A stretch of DNA of 45,521 nt from an uncultured Candidatus Cloacimonadota bacterium. Lineage in GTDB: Bacteria > Cloacimonadota > Cloacimonadia > JGIOTU-2. The stretch is from positions 1-45,521 of the forward strand of contig CAYUTH010000002.1 of NCBI GenBank assembly GCA_964447485.1. Reading direction: 5' to 3'. The position numbers and the translations under genes were made by a program. Shown here piece after piece: positions 36,936 to 45,521 of this stretch; position 1 is the stretch's first letter; each line of letters begins with the position of its first letter. The notes beneath the pieces are model-generated. The model made no database searches. It saw only the letters and a program-made list of their open reading frames with translations, and was not told the DNA's origin.

Positions 36936-39455
36936 TTATCGTAACTTCACCATCTTCCTCACCACCGCATGTCCGTTGTACTCTAACTTATATAAATAGG
37001 CGCCTGGTGCAACCTGCCTGCCTTGCTCATCTGCACCGTCCCAGACGATCTTTGTCTTTACCCAAAAGTCGTGTGTTGTACCGTCGAACCTACGAATAAG
37101 CTGTCCTCGGGTGTTGTATATGGATAGTGTATAATCTTCTACTCTTTCGTAATCTGCAGTGATGAAGAGTATTTCTGTCTCATTTGTAAAAGGATTCGGT
37201 GTGTTTTGAAAAAGATACAGTTTGTTAACAAAACTAGTATCCGGCTCATCCACACTGACTGTATCCTGGCACTCATACGCACCAATGTCTATCCTCCCGT
37301 TAAATATTCTCGGTTTCCCCGCCAAGTCCTTTGCTGGCAGATGCAGCCCTGTTGTGTCCGGTGTGCCTGCATCGATGCAGGGAGAATATTTCGTTAACTC
37401 ATAACTAAATGGATCACCACCAACAAAAAGCGGGTCTTCGTCTATGTTGCCGTCTCCCCAATACACTGTTCCGTTGTTATTGGTGTTTATTGCGTCTATT
37501 CCACCATCGATATTACAGTATTCTAATGACACAGAATTAGGATCATGTTGAGGATGGAACCATATCTCTGTTTCGGGATCGTTGCGGAGTATTGTATTAA
37601 TAAGGCTTACATGGCTATCATCAACTAAGCGTATCGTGCCTTCTGAACAGTCCTTGTTATCAACGATGGTGCAGTTTATGAAAAATAATTGATCAAAAGT
37701 CCAATTAATATTAAAACCGCTATTAATATCACCATAGTTATTTGTAATCAGACATCCTATAAATAAGGGGGTGTTATCAAGAGAGCCGGCACCAAAATGA
37801 CCAGTTGCTGGATTGGTTCTGTTATTTTCTATTATACAATTAATAAATACCGGATTACTGTTGCCTCCACAATATATTGCTCTTTCGTTTACTTGCTGAT
37901 AAGAAGAACTTATTACTACATTTTCGCAGACAGGATTGCAGTATTGTGTGCAATGTAAGTGGGTTGTTATTAAATCAGATGAAATATTATTATCAAATAA
38001 ATTTATATTTCTTAAAATTGGATTTGAGTAATGGCGAATACTGACACCACCAATTGTTGTTTCATATCCGTGTTGAAGTGACATATCTTCAAGTGTAAAG
38101 TTACTAATATTGTGTATCATGAATAAATTACATGTCTGCTCCGCATCAAGAATTGTAACCTCTTTTCCTGCGCCAGTTATAGAAATATACTCTTTCCCGG
38201 ACAATGCAAAAAACTCACCGGTTAACGAGGGGGAATACGTTCCTTCATCAACATAAATCGTGTTTGGATGGGTGCTGTCAGATTTCACCATAATGAGTGC
38301 ATGGTAGATATTTAAAAATGCGACATTGTAACTTAATCCACTATTGGCATTATTGCCATCAGGGGAAACATATATATCATTATTAATTTGCTCTATTTTA
38401 TGGTTAAGCATATCAAAAGTGATACTGCCCTCAAACGCATACGCATAAAATATATCCGGCTCTTGTACCGTAAACGTATCGACATATACTACCGTTGTAC
38501 CACCGTGATTATAGATATCGCTCCCCAACGGAGAATAATTCATATATATGTCACACCGATCTTGCGAGGAGAAATTTACAATGACATTATCGTCACCTTT
38601 ATCGAAACCGCCACCTGCAATATATGCAAAATTATGTATGATTTTTGTACCGATAATGTTTAACTCAAGACAATCAAAAACCATTATCCCACCCCCATTG
38701 TCTGCTTCATTATCATGTATTTTACAATTCAGTATATTAAATATATCAATAATATCATCACCATAACCAATATATATTCCACCGCCATAAGTATAATTCC
38801 CTGTATCATAACCACTACCATGTTGTATAGTAAAACCATAGATAGTTGCTTCATCACCTCCATCTTTTATAACAACACAACTTCCGTTATTATTTCCATC
38901 GATAATTGTATTGTTTATATAGGATTCATTACCGGTTGTGTAATACTTGCTGGCAACGGTAATGCTCTTTCCACTATAATCTATATTCTCAACGTATGTT
39001 CCGGGATAGACAAGAATAATATCTCCATCTACGGCATTGTTTATTCCTTCCTGTATAGTTGTATAGTCTCCTGTGCCATTTATATCGACAATGATGGTTT
39101 GGGGATTGGGATTTTGAATGTAAGGTCTTGGTTTTGATTTTTTCCTATTAAATCTATTTCTAAATAATTTTATTTCGTATTCTTTGTCGTTATAAATTTT
39201 GTCACAATCGAACTGATATTGACAATTACAGAAATAAATTATCGGTTCGAAGAATTCTTTTGTTCCTGCTGTGAATTTCTGAGAAACACTGAAAAGACTC
39301 CAGTCTTCGATAAATTCTGCAAAGACATATTCAGGATCACCGCCATCAGGTCCCAAATGGGTAAAGATTTCGGTGTAAGTGATAAAGTCACAGTCAGCTT
39401 TTAAGAAAAGAGGTATAATAAGTAACAGGAGCATGGTAATAAATATTTTTTTCAT
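36936..39455 (-). CDS. Secreted right-handed beta-helix (pectin-lyase-fold) repeat protein with a T9SS-type C-terminal sorting domain
   Basis: It has a signal peptide (MKKIFITMLLLLIIPLFLKA) and GDYTTIQEGINNAVDGDIILVYPGTYVENI followed by many N/G/I-rich PbH1-like repeats. The C-terminus is LFQNTPNPFTNETEILF...IYNTRGQLIRRF...WDGADEQGRQVAPGAYLYKLEYNG...KMVKLR. Confidence 0.8.
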   Translation of the reverse strand: MKKIFITMLLLLIIPLFLKADCDFITYTEIFTHLGPDGGDPEYVFAEFIEDWSLFSVSQKFTAGTKEFFEPIIYFCNCQYQFDCDKIYNDKEYEIKLFRNRFNRKKSKPRPYIQNPNPQTIIVDINGTGDYTTIQEGINNAVDGDIILVYPGTYVENIDYSGKSITVASKYYTTGNESYINNTIIDGNNNGSCVVIKDGGDEATIYGFTIQHGSGYDTGNYTYGGGIYIGYGDDIIDIFNILNCKIHDNEADNGGGIMVFDCLELNIIGTKIIHNFAYIAGGGFDKGDDNVIVNFSSQDRCDIYMNYSPLGSDIYNHGGTTVVYVDTFTVQEPDIFYAYAFEGSITFDMLNHKIEQINNDIYVSPDGNNANSGLSYNVAFLNIYHALIMVKSDSTHPNTIYVDEGTYSPSLTGEFFALSGKEYISITGAGKEVTILDAEQTCNLFMIHNISNFTLEDMSLQHGYETTIGGVSIRHYSNPILRNINLFDNNISSDLITTHLHCTQYCNPVCENVVISSSYQQVNERAIYCGGNSNPVFINCIIENNRTNPATGHFGAGSLDNTPLFIGCLITNNYGDINSGFNINWTFDQLFFINCTIVDNKDCSEGTIRLVDDSHVSLINTILRNDPETEIWFHPQHDPNSVSLEYCNIDGGIDAINTNNNGTVYWGDGNIDEDPLFVGGDPFSYELTKYSPCIDAGTPDTTGLHLPAKDLAGKPRIFNGRIDIGAYECQDTVSVDEPDTSFVNKLYLFQNTPNPFTNETEILFITADYERVEDYTLSIYNTRGQLIRRFDGTTHDFWVKTKIVWDGADEQGRQVAPGAYLYKLEYNGHAVVRKMVKLR

Positions 39456-39669
39456 TGCTTCTCTCCGTATAAATAGCTCATACTCTATTGGTTTTCCTGA
39501 TTTCTCTTGTTAAATAAACATTCTACTATAATGTTCATTATATAATAAATCATCCTAAGCCGGATGAACGGGATTCCTCCGGTCACAAAATCCAAATCGT
39601 AAACATTTGCCTTCATATTTTTCCTTAAAATGGATTAATGAAAAGGATGAAATGGGTGTCAATTTTTTC

Positions 39670-39681
39670 TTCACGCGTGAA
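39670..39681. promoter_or_regulatory. Perfect 12-bp palindrome TTCACGCGTGAA upstream of the Spy-like gene (candidate operator)
   Basis: It is self-complementary, lies about 73 nt upstream of the ATG at 39754, and is nested within the 8-bp inverted repeat GGATGAAA (39645-39652) / TTTCATCC (39695-39702). Confidence 0.3.
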
Positions 39682-39753
39682 ATTTTTAAACCTTTTTCAT
39701 CCCCAATTATCATAACAGGCAAATATGTGAAAAGAAAAATCATGGAGGTACAG

Positions 39754-40272
39754 ATGAAAAAATATCTCGTACTCGCAATAATCTTAGGATTGTTCGCAAC
39801 GCCATTACTGGCACAAAATTCGAACATGCCAAATCCCCGGGGAAGCATGAACATGATGCAGCAAAAACAAAATCATCAGGAACATTTTATGATGAAACAG
39901 GGACCCGAGGGAAAAGGTCAGCACATGGGATTTCCCTTCTGGATGGCTGAAGAACTCGAACTCACAGATGCCCAGATCGATAAGATCGATGACTATCAGG
40001 ATGATTCCCGTAAACTGTCAATCAGCTTGAATGCCGACATTGATAAATTGCAAATTGACGAAGAAAATGCAATGCAAGATGAAAATTATAAACAAGCTCG
40101 CAATATCATTGACCAGATATTTCTGAAGAAGGCAACTCTTGCAAAAGAACGTATTACTTTAAAAGAGAAGATAGCCTCAGTTCTTACTGAAGATCAGATC
40201 GCAAAAATAAAATCATTACATAAAACAAAATTTCAAAACCCTCCCGCAAAGCATTCGGAGTGGCATAAGTAG
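39754..40272 (+). CDS. Periplasmic Spy/CpxP-family (LTxxQ motif) protein with a Met/His/Gln-rich N-terminal region
   Basis: GGAGG lies 6 nt before the ATG at 39754. The signal peptide is MKKYLVLAIILGLFATPLLAQ. Two LTxxQ motifs are present (LTDAQIDKI, LTEDQIAKI). The ORF-track start at 39607 lacks these features. Confidence 0.65.
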   Translation: MKKYLVLAIILGLFATPLLAQNSNMPNPRGSMNMMQQKQNHQEHFMMKQGPEGKGQHMGFPFWMAEELELTDAQIDKIDDYQDDSRKLSISLNADIDKLQIDEENAMQDENYKQARNIIDQIFLKKATLAKERITLKEKIASVLTEDQIAKIKSLHKTKFQNPPAKHSEWHK

Positions 40273-40387
40273 TAGTCACTCTCCCTCTCACTTATAAGAG
40301 ACATCGCTCTGGTGTCCCTTTTTCTATTACTTCAACAAACACATTTATTGACAGATAGAAAGCCCATTTGCAACAATCATCTTTGTT

Positions 40388-41107
40388 ATGAAATCGAAAT
40401 CAGAACTCGTTGCAGAAGTTAAAAAAAATATCCTGCCGCAGCACATAGCAATTATTATGGATGGCAACGGCAGATGGGCAAAATCAAAAAATCTGCCGCG
40501 CATTAAAGGGCACTATGAGGGCACTCGCGCAGTAAAACGCATTGTGAAAGTTTCCGGAGAGATCGGACTGAATTATCTTACTATCTACGCATTCTCAACA
40601 GAAAATTGGAAACGTCCGAATAACGAACCAAAAGCAGTTCTCACTCTTATTGAAAACACACTTATGAAAGAGATCCGAGAACTGTATGAGAGCAATGTGG
40701 TTATTAAATTTATCGGGGCGCGAGATGGTATTTCAGATTCGCTTGCCCAAAAGATGAATGATGCGTATGAGATGACCAAAGATAATACGGGACTTCATCT
40801 TCTTGTGGCAGTTAATTATGGTGGCAGATTGGAAATTATTGAAGGCATAAACACGCTCCTCAGGGAAAAGCAAGATTCAATTACGTTGGAAGATTTCCCC
40901 AAATATTTATATACAAAAGATATTCCCGACCCCGATCTGCTAATCCGTACCAGCGGAGAAATGAGGATCAGCAATTACCTCATCTGGCAGATCGCATATT
41001 CCGAAATGTACTTTACAAAAACACTCTGGCCAGATTTTTCGCAGGAAGAATTCCTTCAGGCAATTATTGATTTTCAGAGACGCGCTCGCCGATTTGGAGG
41101 AGTGTAG
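40388..41107 (+). CDS. uppS: Undecaprenyl diphosphate synthase (cis-prenyltransferase)
   Basis: Motifs present are HIAIIMDGNGRWAK, YAFSTENWKRP, LIRTSGEMRISNYLIWQIAYSE and RRFGG. Confidence 0.95.
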   Translation: MKSKSELVAEVKKNILPQHIAIIMDGNGRWAKSKNLPRIKGHYEGTRAVKRIVKVSGEIGLNYLTIYAFSTENWKRPNNEPKAVLTLIENTLMKEIRELYESNVVIKFIGARDGISDSLAQKMNDAYEMTKDNTGLHLLVAVNYGGRLEIIEGINTLLREKQDSITLEDFPKYLYTKDIPDPDLLIRTSGEMRISNYLIWQIAYSEMYFTKTLWPDFSQEEFLQAIIDFQRRARRFGGV

Positions 41108-41111
41108 GTCA

Positions 41112-41930
41112 ATGAAAAAAGTAATTGTCCGCATTTTAAGCTCGATGATCTACGGACCTGTTATGCTTGTCTGTGCATGGTTTGGCGGCTACCCTCTTCA
41201 AATTCTGCTCTCTCTTGTCATCATACTTGGAATTCGTGAGTTCTCTCTTCTTGCACGTGATCATAAAGAAGTGAAACTCCTTCTTCCTGTCCTGATAATT
41301 TGCGGACTGCTGCTCACATGGTCGATATTTTTCTTCCAGTTTAAATACCTTGTGGCTTTGTTTGTATTGTTCCTCTTTTTATTTCTTGCGTGGGATGTGT
41401 TTGCAAACAAAGAGCAACAAGCAGTCGAGAAAATCTCCTTCAGCATGTTTTCGCTGATATACATTCCCCTGCTGATATCTTTTCTCTATCTTGTGCGGAC
41501 GCTCGAGTATGGAAAATTTCTCCTTATCATACTTTACGGCTGCATCTGGTTGACCGACTCTGCGGCGTATTTTCTCGGAGTGAGATTTGGAAAGCATAAA
41601 AATATTTTCCGCTCCAGTAAGAACAAATCCATCGAAGGATTCGTTGCGGGTTTTATCACAGCTTTTGTAGGTGCGTATCTGCTTAATCAGCTTGTGTATC
41701 TTATATTCGGATATTTCGTGCTGTACTCATGGAAAGATATTGTGGCGTATGGCATCATTGTTGGATTTCTCGGGCAGTTGGGAGACCTTGTTGAGTCCAA
41801 TCTCAAGCGTGATTTCGGCGTAAAGGATTCATCCAATCTCATTCCGGGGCACGGCGGCATACTCGACCGATTTGATAGTTTGCTGATAAGTGCGCCATTC
41901 TTGTATTTCTATTTTACTTTGATAGGATAA
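41112..41930 (+). CDS. cdsA: Phosphatidate cytidylyltransferase
   Basis: It is polytopic, with the C-terminal signature KRDFGVKDSSNLIPGHGGILDRFDS. I take the start as MKKVIVRIL (41112) rather than 41067, which would overlap uppS. Confidence 0.9.
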   Translation: MKKVIVRILSSMIYGPVMLVCAWFGGYPLQILLSLVIILGIREFSLLARDHKEVKLLLPVLIICGLLLTWSIFFFQFKYLVALFVLFLFLFLAWDVFANKEQQAVEKISFSMFSLIYIPLLISFLYLVRTLEYGKFLLIILYGCIWLTDSAAYFLGVRFGKHKNIFRSSKNKSIEGFVAGFITAFVGAYLLNQLVYLIFGYFVLYSWKDIVAYGIIVGFLGQLGDLVESNLKRDFGVKDSSNLIPGHGGILDRFDSLLISAPFLYFYFTLIG

Positions 41931-41933
41931 ATC

Positions 41934-43064
41934 ATGAAAAAAATCGCATTACTCGGCGCAACCGGCTCGATCGGACAGTCCACCATCGAAGTCGTGAAGA
42001 GACATTCTGATAAATTCAAGATCGTGCTTGCATCTGCGCACAGCAGGATAGACGAGCTCCTGAATTATGAAAATCAGATTCCGATAGACCATTTTGTGAT
42101 TACCGGAGAGAACGGCATTACCAGATCCGAAAATACCGATAACATTCATCATGGCGAGGATACGCTTCTTTCACTTTTGGAAGAAATTGATTATGACATT
42201 ATGCTGAATGCGATTGTCGGCTCTGCGGGTTTGAAATACACTGTTGCGGGATTGAAAACCGGTCATACTATCGCACTTGCAAATAAAGAATCTCTCGTCA
42301 TGGCAGGGGATATCATCACTGAACTTGCAAGGGAAAATAACTGCAGGATCATTCCAGTGGACAGCGAGCACAGTGCGGTCATGCAGTGTCTTGAAGGTGC
42401 GCAGGACAAATCACATGTGCGGAGGATAATACTCACTGCATCAGGCGGTCCGTTTTCAAGCCTGAAAATAGAAGCATTCAAAAACATTACGCTTAAGGAC
42501 GCACTTCAGCATCCGACCTGGGCTATGGGAGATAAGATCACAATCGATTCTGCCACCATGGCAAACAAAGGGCTGGAAGTTATCGAGGCACATCATCTGT
42601 TTGATGTAGCATATGACGAAATCGACGTGCTCATTCATCCGCAGTCTGTTATCCATTCAATGGTGGAGTATATAGATGGCTCTATCATTTCACAGATGAG
42701 TTTCCCGGACATGAAGCTCCCGATCCAATATGCGCTGAGTTACCCGGACAGATTTGATGCGACTGCCCAAAACACAGATTTGGCGAATATCCATCAACTC
42801 ACGTTCTACAAACCGAATTTTGAGAAATTCCCTCTGCTTGGAATGGCTTTTGAAGTCGGCAAGAAAGGGGGCATCATGCCTACCATTTTCAATGCTGCCA
42901 ATGAAGCTGCGGTCACCCTCTTTCTTCAGGAAAAAATTCATTTTACAGACATTCCAAAAATCGTAGAGAAAGAACTTGCAGCTATGAATATTCACAATCC
43001 TGATCTTGAAACAATTATTGAGAAAGACAAAGAAATAAAAGAAAAAATTTATACACATTACTAA
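41934..43064 (+). CDS. dxr: 1-deoxy-D-xylulose 5-phosphate reductoisomerase
   Basis: Motifs present are LGATGSIGQSTIEVV, LANKESLV, PVDSEHSA, LTASGGPF, HPTWAMG and NAANE. Confidence 0.97.
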   Translation: MKKIALLGATGSIGQSTIEVVKRHSDKFKIVLASAHSRIDELLNYENQIPIDHFVITGENGITRSENTDNIHHGEDTLLSLLEEIDYDIMLNAIVGSAGLKYTVAGLKTGHTIALANKESLVMAGDIITELARENNCRIIPVDSEHSAVMQCLEGAQDKSHVRRIILTASGGPFSSLKIEAFKNITLKDALQHPTWAMGDKITIDSATMANKGLEVIEAHHLFDVAYDEIDVLIHPQSVIHSMVEYIDGSIISQMSFPDMKLPIQYALSYPDRFDATAQNTDLANIHQLTFYKPNFEKFPLLGMAFEVGKKGGIMPTIFNAANEAAVTLFLQEKIHFTDIPKIVEKELAAMNIHNPDLETIIEKDKEIKEKIYTHY

Positions 43065-43085
43065 AAGGATCATGAAGGGCGCATT

Positions 43086-45467
43086 ATGAGGAAGATATTC
43101 GATCATCCTTTTATTCCTATTACTGCATGTTTTATTGGAGGATTACTTTTGGGCTCATATCTCCAATTTCCAATAATTCCTGTTGCAATTACACTCCTTT
43201 TAGTTACGGTATTTCTCCTCATTTTTAAGAAGCGACCACTTTTTTTCATCGTGGTTTTGCTGCTTCTTTTTGGGATATTCAGATTTCAGATAGGTAGGAT
43301 TCTGCCGGAACATCATATTGCACATTTTATTGATCATCTTGGGATTGAAAAAGTTCACATTGAAGGAGACATTATTGAAGAACCTGAAGAATCTCCAGGT
43401 AAGATCTCATGTTTAATTAAGCTTACTCAGCTCGAAGGTGTTCCTGTGCTTGGTAATATTCTCCTCACAATCAAAGATACAGATAACGACACAGCTCCTT
43501 CTTATGGTGATCATATTAGTTATCATGGAACCGCATTTCGCCCTCTCAAGAATAACAATCCCTACAGTTTCAATTACCAGGAATACCTTGAGAACAATAA
43601 TATTCACGGGCTTTCTTACCTCTATAGAGCGGATTACACTATCACCAAAAAATCAAAAGATCTCTATTATTATCTCATAGTTGTGCCCAGAAATTGGATA
43701 AGAAACCGGATCAACAAATTTTATTCATCAGGATATTCCGGCTTCCTGAAAGCGATTCTGCTTGGTGAAAAGAATTCTCTATCCCCACAATTAAAACAGG
43801 ATTTTGCTTCATCGGGCTTGTCACACATACTTGCCGTCAGCGGTTTGCATACCGGTGTGATCGCACTCATCTTTTTAACGATCTTCCAGATAGTGTTCAG
43901 AAATCGCACCGCAGCTCGAATTCTTACGATAGTTTTACTCATTTATTATATGCTGCTGGCTCATGCAGTTCCTTCTGTTCAGCGCGCCGTGATCATGATA
44001 AGTTTGGTGCTTTTGGCAAAGATATTGCAAAGAAGGATCAGCACAATAAATATTCTCTTCGCTGCGGCTTTTATCATTCTTGTGATAAATCCCATGCAGT
44101 TATTCAGCATCGGATTTCAGTTATCCTTTATATCGGTGTTTGCCATTCTTGTTATCTTTCAGTATCTGTCCAAAAAATTAAATCCGCTTCGGAAAAATCA
44201 CTCAAAATTATTTTGGCTGCTTAATCTTATGCTTTTAAGTTTGATGGTTCAGATCGTTCTTGCACCACTCACAATTCATTATTTCCACACACTTGCGCTG
44301 GGTGGAATAATTGCAAACGTAATAGCAATACCCCTTATCTCTCTTATGCTTCCGCTTTCCATTCTTTCAATCTTGTTTCCAATTTCTGCAATATGTGCTG
44401 TGTATGCTGCTGCGAATAAGTTATTGCTTTTTCTCGTTTTCGCAATTTCCCGTTTTGTTGCATCACACAGAATCCTCTTATTTGATTTCCTTTATCTGAA
44501 TGATCTTCAAATCCTTTCACTATATACAGTAATGCTTATGCTTATACTCCTGTGGAAACATTCGGACAATTCTCAGATAAAACTGTATAAATTTCTTTCA
44601 TTTTCCGTTTTGACTATAACAATTCTCGTGGTACCCGGATTATTAAGAGAACGAAATTTCGAGATCACTGTTCTCGATGTCGGACAGGGTGATGCGATCG
44701 TTATACGCACACCTGCTCATAAAACCATTCTCATCGATACTGGGGACAAAACGATGAATAAGGATTACGGAGAACTCGTTGTTGTTCCATACTTTAAAGC
44801 CCGGGGAATCAAGGATATTGACCTGCTCATCCTCACTCATCCTCATGCGGATCATATTGGAGGAGCTCAAGCAGTTATGGAAAATATCCGGGTTGATAAA
44901 GTGTTGATTCCGCGTTGTGAATATGAGTCCACTTTGTATGATAATGTGCTGGCTTCCTTCGAAGAAAATAAGATAGAAGTAATATATGCAGACACCTCTC
45001 TTGTGTTTCAGGAATTCCAGCCCGTAAAACTAAAAATATTACATCCTGCCTACGAATATAGAAATGAAAATAATGTAAATAACTACTCGATTGTAGTAAA
45101 AGCTGAGTATGAGAATTTTGCCGTACTTTTTACCGGAGATGCAGAGAAAGAAGTTGAAGAAATCCTTATTGAAAATTGGGGGAATAAATTGGATTCGGAT
45201 CTTTTAAAAGTAGGACATCATGGCAGTAATAGTTCTTCGACTTTTGAATTTTTGGAGCATGTTTCTCCGGAATATGCGGTAATTTCAGTTGGAACAAAAA
45301 ACAGGTACGATCATCCTGACAAAGAGGTCATTGTGAGAATAGAGAATTCTACTGATAAACTATTTCGCACAGATTTGGATGGGGCAGTGATTTTTACCTA
45401 TGGAGGTAATTCTTTGAATATAAAGACTATAGTATCTGAGAAGGAAATTATTGATTGTGATATATAA
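43086..45467 (+). CDS. comEC: DNA internalisation-related competence protein ComEC/Rec2 (DUF4131, competence and metallo-beta-lactamase domains)
   Basis: It has N-terminal TM helices plus an OB-like region, the competence-domain block SGLSHILAVSGLHTG, and a C-terminal MBL domain (VLDVGQGDAIV, LILTHPHADHIGG, GDAE, VGHHGS). Confidence 0.9.
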   Translation: MRKIFDHPFIPITACFIGGLLLGSYLQFPIIPVAITLLLVTVFLLIFKKRPLFFIVVLLLLFGIFRFQIGRILPEHHIAHFIDHLGIEKVHIEGDIIEEPEESPGKISCLIKLTQLEGVPVLGNILLTIKDTDNDTAPSYGDHISYHGTAFRPLKNNNPYSFNYQEYLENNNIHGLSYLYRADYTITKKSKDLYYYLIVVPRNWIRNRINKFYSSGYSGFLKAILLGEKNSLSPQLKQDFASSGLSHILAVSGLHTGVIALIFLTIFQIVFRNRTAARILTIVLLIYYMLLAHAVPSVQRAVIMISLVLLAKILQRRISTINILFAAAFIILVINPMQLFSIGFQLSFISVFAILVIFQYLSKKLNPLRKNHSKLFWLLNLMLLSLMVQIVLAPLTIHYFHTLALGGIIANVIAIPLISLMLPLSILSILFPISAICAVYAAANKLLLFLVFAISRFVASHRILLFDFLYLNDLQILSLYTVMLMLILLWKHSDNSQIKLYKFLSFSVLTITILVVPGLLRERNFEITVLDVGQGDAIVIRTPAHKTILIDTGDKTMNKDYGELVVVPYFKARGIKDIDLLILTHPHADHIGGAQAVMENIRVDKVLIPRCEYESTLYDNVLASFEENKIEVIYADTSLVFQEFQPVKLKILHPAYEYRNENNVNNYSIVVKAEYENFAVLFTGDAEKEVEEILIENWGNKLDSDLLKVGHHGSNSSSTFEFLEHVSPEYAVISVGTKNRYDHPDKEVIVRIENSTDKLFRTDLDGAVIFTYGGNSLNIKTIVSEKEIIDCDI

Positions 45468-45474
45468 AAAAAAA

Positions 45475-45497
45475 CGAGCCGCCGGGGAAGCGGCTCG
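45475..45497. terminator. GC-rich hairpin after comEC (possible bidirectional or convergent terminator)
   Basis: The stem is CGAGCCGC/GCGGCTCG with a 7-nt loop. It is preceded by A9 (a U-tract on the minus strand) but not followed by a T-tract on the plus strand. Confidence 0.4.
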
Positions 45498-45521
45498 ACT
45501 CTACTAAGAGTAAAGGAGGGA

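Noticed and set aside
36803-37099. 98-aa ORF across the hairpin cluster and the 3' end of the T9SS-cargo gene
   Set aside because: It is a translation of palindromic GC-rich repeats (PLLRGVPRFIGTGCV) and then runs antisense into the cargo gene. It has no start context.
37206-39404. Plus-strand ORFs inside the T9SS-cargo gene (for example 38388-38663, 38548-38766, 38715-39137, 39219-39404)
   Set aside because: They are antisense to a long, repeat-rich but coherent 839-aa frame with a signal peptide and a sorting domain. Their Ile/Tyr/Asn-rich composition mirrors the AT-rich opposite strand.
39607-39753. The upstream extension of the Spy-like ORF, and likewise 41067-41111 for cdsA and 30766-30786 for the second cassette gene
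   Set aside because: Internal starts fit better. For the Spy-like gene, GGAGG precedes 39754 and a signal peptide follows it. For cdsA, MKKV at 41112 avoids a 41-nt overlap with uppS. For the cassette gene, the TAATG coupling lies at 30787.
44014-44029. Near-consensus sigma-54 promoter TGGCAA-N5-TTGCA
   Set aside because: The match to TGGCAC-N5-TTGCW is good, but it sits deep inside the comEC coding frame with no downstream gene start. Without an enhancer-binding-protein context I treat it as chance. TSS mapping could revisit this.
1-45521. Search by eye for CRISPR arrays, tRNA/rRNA genes and an integrase associated with the direct repeats
   Set aside because: I found no regularly spaced 25-40-nt repeats, no cloverleaf-like or rRNA-like conserved segments, and no tyrosine or serine recombinase motifs in any ORF. 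The only transposase sequences are the degraded ones at 1-4950, far from the cassette.

Overview
This 45.5-kb window comes from an AT-rich Gram-negative-type bacterium. It has a Lol permease, sigma-54 and a cargo protein with a T9SS-type C-terminal sorting domain, so an FCB-group or Cloacimonadota-like origin is my inference only. (1) 1-5.1 kb is a graveyard of insertion sequences: an rve-transposase fragment, a truncated IS3 element with an intact A_AAA_AAG frameshift site, a GT2 pseudogene paralogous to the gene at 5135, a GT-C-like membrane protein, and a decayed IS bounded by 18-bp inverted repeats. (2) 5.1-21.4 kb is a same-strand Wzx/Wzy-type polysaccharide locus. It holds GT2, Wzx, GT4, a GT4-GT2 fusion, Wza, a BY-kinase-like ATPase, a PCP, a Wzy/O-antigen-ligase family protein, a B12-binding radical SAM enzyme, a WcaL-like GT4 and a GT4-GT4 tandem fusion. 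(3) 21.5-25.3 kb is a synthase-type module: an unknown 636-aa membrane-anchored protein, a CE4 deacetylase and a membrane GT2 synthase. It runs straight into a lolC/E-like permease. (4) Housekeeping genes follow: a minus-strand operon (PF04008-like, thpR, recA, recX) and an Mth938-like gene. (5) 29.7-31.6 kb is the most interesting part. A low-GC two-gene cassette (a DUF488 fusion protein plus a 271-aa protein I cannot place) is bracketed by 28-nt direct repeats that duplicate the last 8 codons and stop of the Mth938-like gene. This is an att-like insertion scar with no mobility gene inside. (6) The remainder holds a PD40-repeat lipoprotein, rpoN, a Nudix-like gene, rarA, a GC-rich hairpin cluster, a T9SS-sorted beta-helix protein, a Spy/CpxP-like protein, and uppS-cdsA-dxr-comEC. 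I saw no rRNA, tRNA or CRISPR array. All family assignments rest on motif recognition by eye; no searches were run.
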